A stretch of 64,000 bases of DNA. Origin: Carcharhinus amblyrhynchos. Lineage: Eukaryota. The position numbers were made by a program, and so were the translations under genes. The stretch is taken from the NCBI GenBank assembly GCA_965287045.1, contig OZ336881.1, forward strand, positions 50,344,001-50,408,000, written 5' to 3'. Shown here in pieces: positions 62,228 through 64,000 of this stretch. Within the stretch, counting starts at the first letter, position 1. Each line of letters begins with the position of its first letter. A model generated the notes under the pieces. That model did not search any database. It was not told the DNA's origin and worked only from the letters and a program-made list of their open reading frames with translations.

Positions 62228-62694
62228 TGATTGACAGGAGATATCAGTTTCACTAGGGGGAGATTATCTTTTCAAGCTTAAGTGAGCTGTGGCTACTGTC
62301 TGGCGTGTTTGAACTTCTTTGATTGACAGGAGGCTGTCAGTTTCTCTTGCTCCATTAGGGTTTCAGGAGGCTGTTTGACTGACAGCCTAAACCACATCAA
62401 AGAGCTGTATTTGTTTACATAAGGAACAGATGGTGTATTAAACTGCTAAAAACTTTTTGACTGACAGCTTCAGGGGAGATCAAAACCTGTACTGTTGAAA
62501 CAATCATTTTGTGCCTCATTAATCTTGATGTACTTCCTTTTTTTCACCACATCTATTCAGTCTGGTCCCATTTATTTAATACTGCAGTTTCCTTTCAAGT
62601 CTCTGATCATGCTGGGAGGCCAAAATGCTTTAAAATGCTTTGTTTATATTTAATTTCACATTCCAGTATCTTTAATTAGCCTCCTGATTGACAG
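62228..62694 (+). promoter_or_regulatory. homotypic cluster of five TGAYTGACAG decamers (PBX-MEIS/PREP type)
   Basis: TGATTGACAG at 62228, 62320 and 62685; TGACTGACAG at 62376 and 62458. Confidence 0.5.
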
Positions 62695-63070
62695 CTCTAG
62701 GCAATTTCATAGCAGGCAGCCATTTTGTATGTTTTTGTACGTGGATGGAACCTGAAGTATTTCTTCTTTTCTGAGCTAGTTTTTTTTCACACAGCCTTGA
62801 GTTTTGATCTGAAGACCTTACCTCACTGCTGACAATGGTACTTCTTCATCCTATCATGGCGGAATAGCATGCCTGCACTAGAGACTGTTTCCAGCCATAG
62901 AGGAGGTTGGCACCCCTCACCCTGTGACCTCTGTGAAACTGGGCTGGCTGGCGAGTTTCACGGTAGGGATTTGTTCCCCCACAAAAGATGGTTAACTTTC
63001 ACTTATCAGGATCTGCCATGCCAGTGGAAAACATTCCAGTTTTTTTTATATCTTAGAATATCTTATTCTA

Positions 63071-63365
63071 AGCACGGTGGCACAGTAACTGGCAGTGCTT
63101 CCTCACAGTGCCAGGGTCCTGGGTTCGATTTCCAGCTTGGATCACTGTCTGTGCAGAGTCTGCATATTCTCCTCATGTCTGCCCACCTCTGGGTGCTCCA
63201 GTTTCCTCCCACAGTCTGAATGACGTGTTGGTTAGGTTTATGCTAAATTCTTCCTCAGTGCACCCGAACTGGCGCTGGATTGTGGCGACTAGGGGCTTTT
63301 CAATGTAACTTAATTGCAGTGTTAATCTATGTCTAATTGTGACTAATAAATAAGTAATTAAATTA
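63071..63365 (+). mobile_element. HE1-headed SINE with Rex1-like tail
   Basis: Full copy ending TTGTGACTAATAAATAAG. Confidence 0.88.
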
Positions 63366-63379
63366 AATAAGTAGATCAA

Positions 63380-63725
63380 TTAGAACCCCTACCGTGCAGA
63401 AGAAGGTCATGTGGCCCATCAAGTCTGCACCTACTCTCTGACAATGCATTTTACCCAGGCTAATCCCCCTGCCCTATCTCAGTAACCCCACATATTTACC
63501 CCGCTAATCCACACTTCTTTGGACTAAATGGACAATTTAGTATAGTTTATCCACCAAACCTGCACATCTCTAGACTGTGGGAGGAAACTGGAGCATCTGG
63601 AGAAAACCCACACAGACACAAGGAGAAGGTGCAGGTTCCACACAGTCACTCACCCAAGGCTGGAATGGAACCTGGATCCCTGGTGCTGTGAGAAAGCAGT
63701 GCTAACCACTGTGCCACCATGCCAT
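63380..63725 (-). mobile_element. HE1-type V-SINE
   Basis: Full copy in reverse orientation, tail-to-tail with the preceding SINE. Confidence 0.92.
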
Positions 63726-64000
63726 CCTGTGTCAGAGAACTGCATCCAAAATGTAGCACGTAAAAAACAAGCAAATTCCTATCTATTTGAAGCAGGTCAG
63801 CAAGGCAATGATTTGAATATTTTTGTTACCACACTGTAGAGTGCAATAGTTATTCCTCCATAATTTGCTATCCAGATTTGATCGGTGAATCGGAATCAGG
63901 GTGGGAACTTCTCTGCATGTTCTCTTTTTGCTGTTTACCTTAATTCCACAGGAGATCCATGATACATTGCCAGTGGGGTGAACTAATTGTGACACAGGGT

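Overview
Repeat-dense, apparently non-genic (intronic or intergenic) genomic DNA from a cartilaginous fish, most likely a shark. The evidence is about 20 HE1-type V-SINEs, HER1/CR1 LINEs, a SacSINE1-like DeuSINE and shark-type Penelope repeats, all recognised from memory without a database search. I found no host protein-coding exon, rRNA, tRNA gene or CRISPR array. Every recognisable ORF is transposon-derived: CR1 RT, endonuclease and ORF1; Rex1; Gypsy gag-protease; Penelope GIY-YIG; Harbinger transposase and Myb. The most notable structures are: (i) two Penelope-related families with minimal hammerhead-ribozyme motifs, both forming short fold-back elements; (ii) a young CR1 insertion with a twin-priming-type 5' inversion, an 8-bp target-site duplication and a 267-bp internal duplication; (iii) an HE1-headed SINE whose tail matches the 3' stem-loop of local Rex1 LINEs; (iv) five PBX-MEIS/PREP-type decamers in 470 bp; (v) a local triplication of a composite unit of about 1-1.3 kb. 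Boundaries of degraded repeats were read by eye and are approximate.
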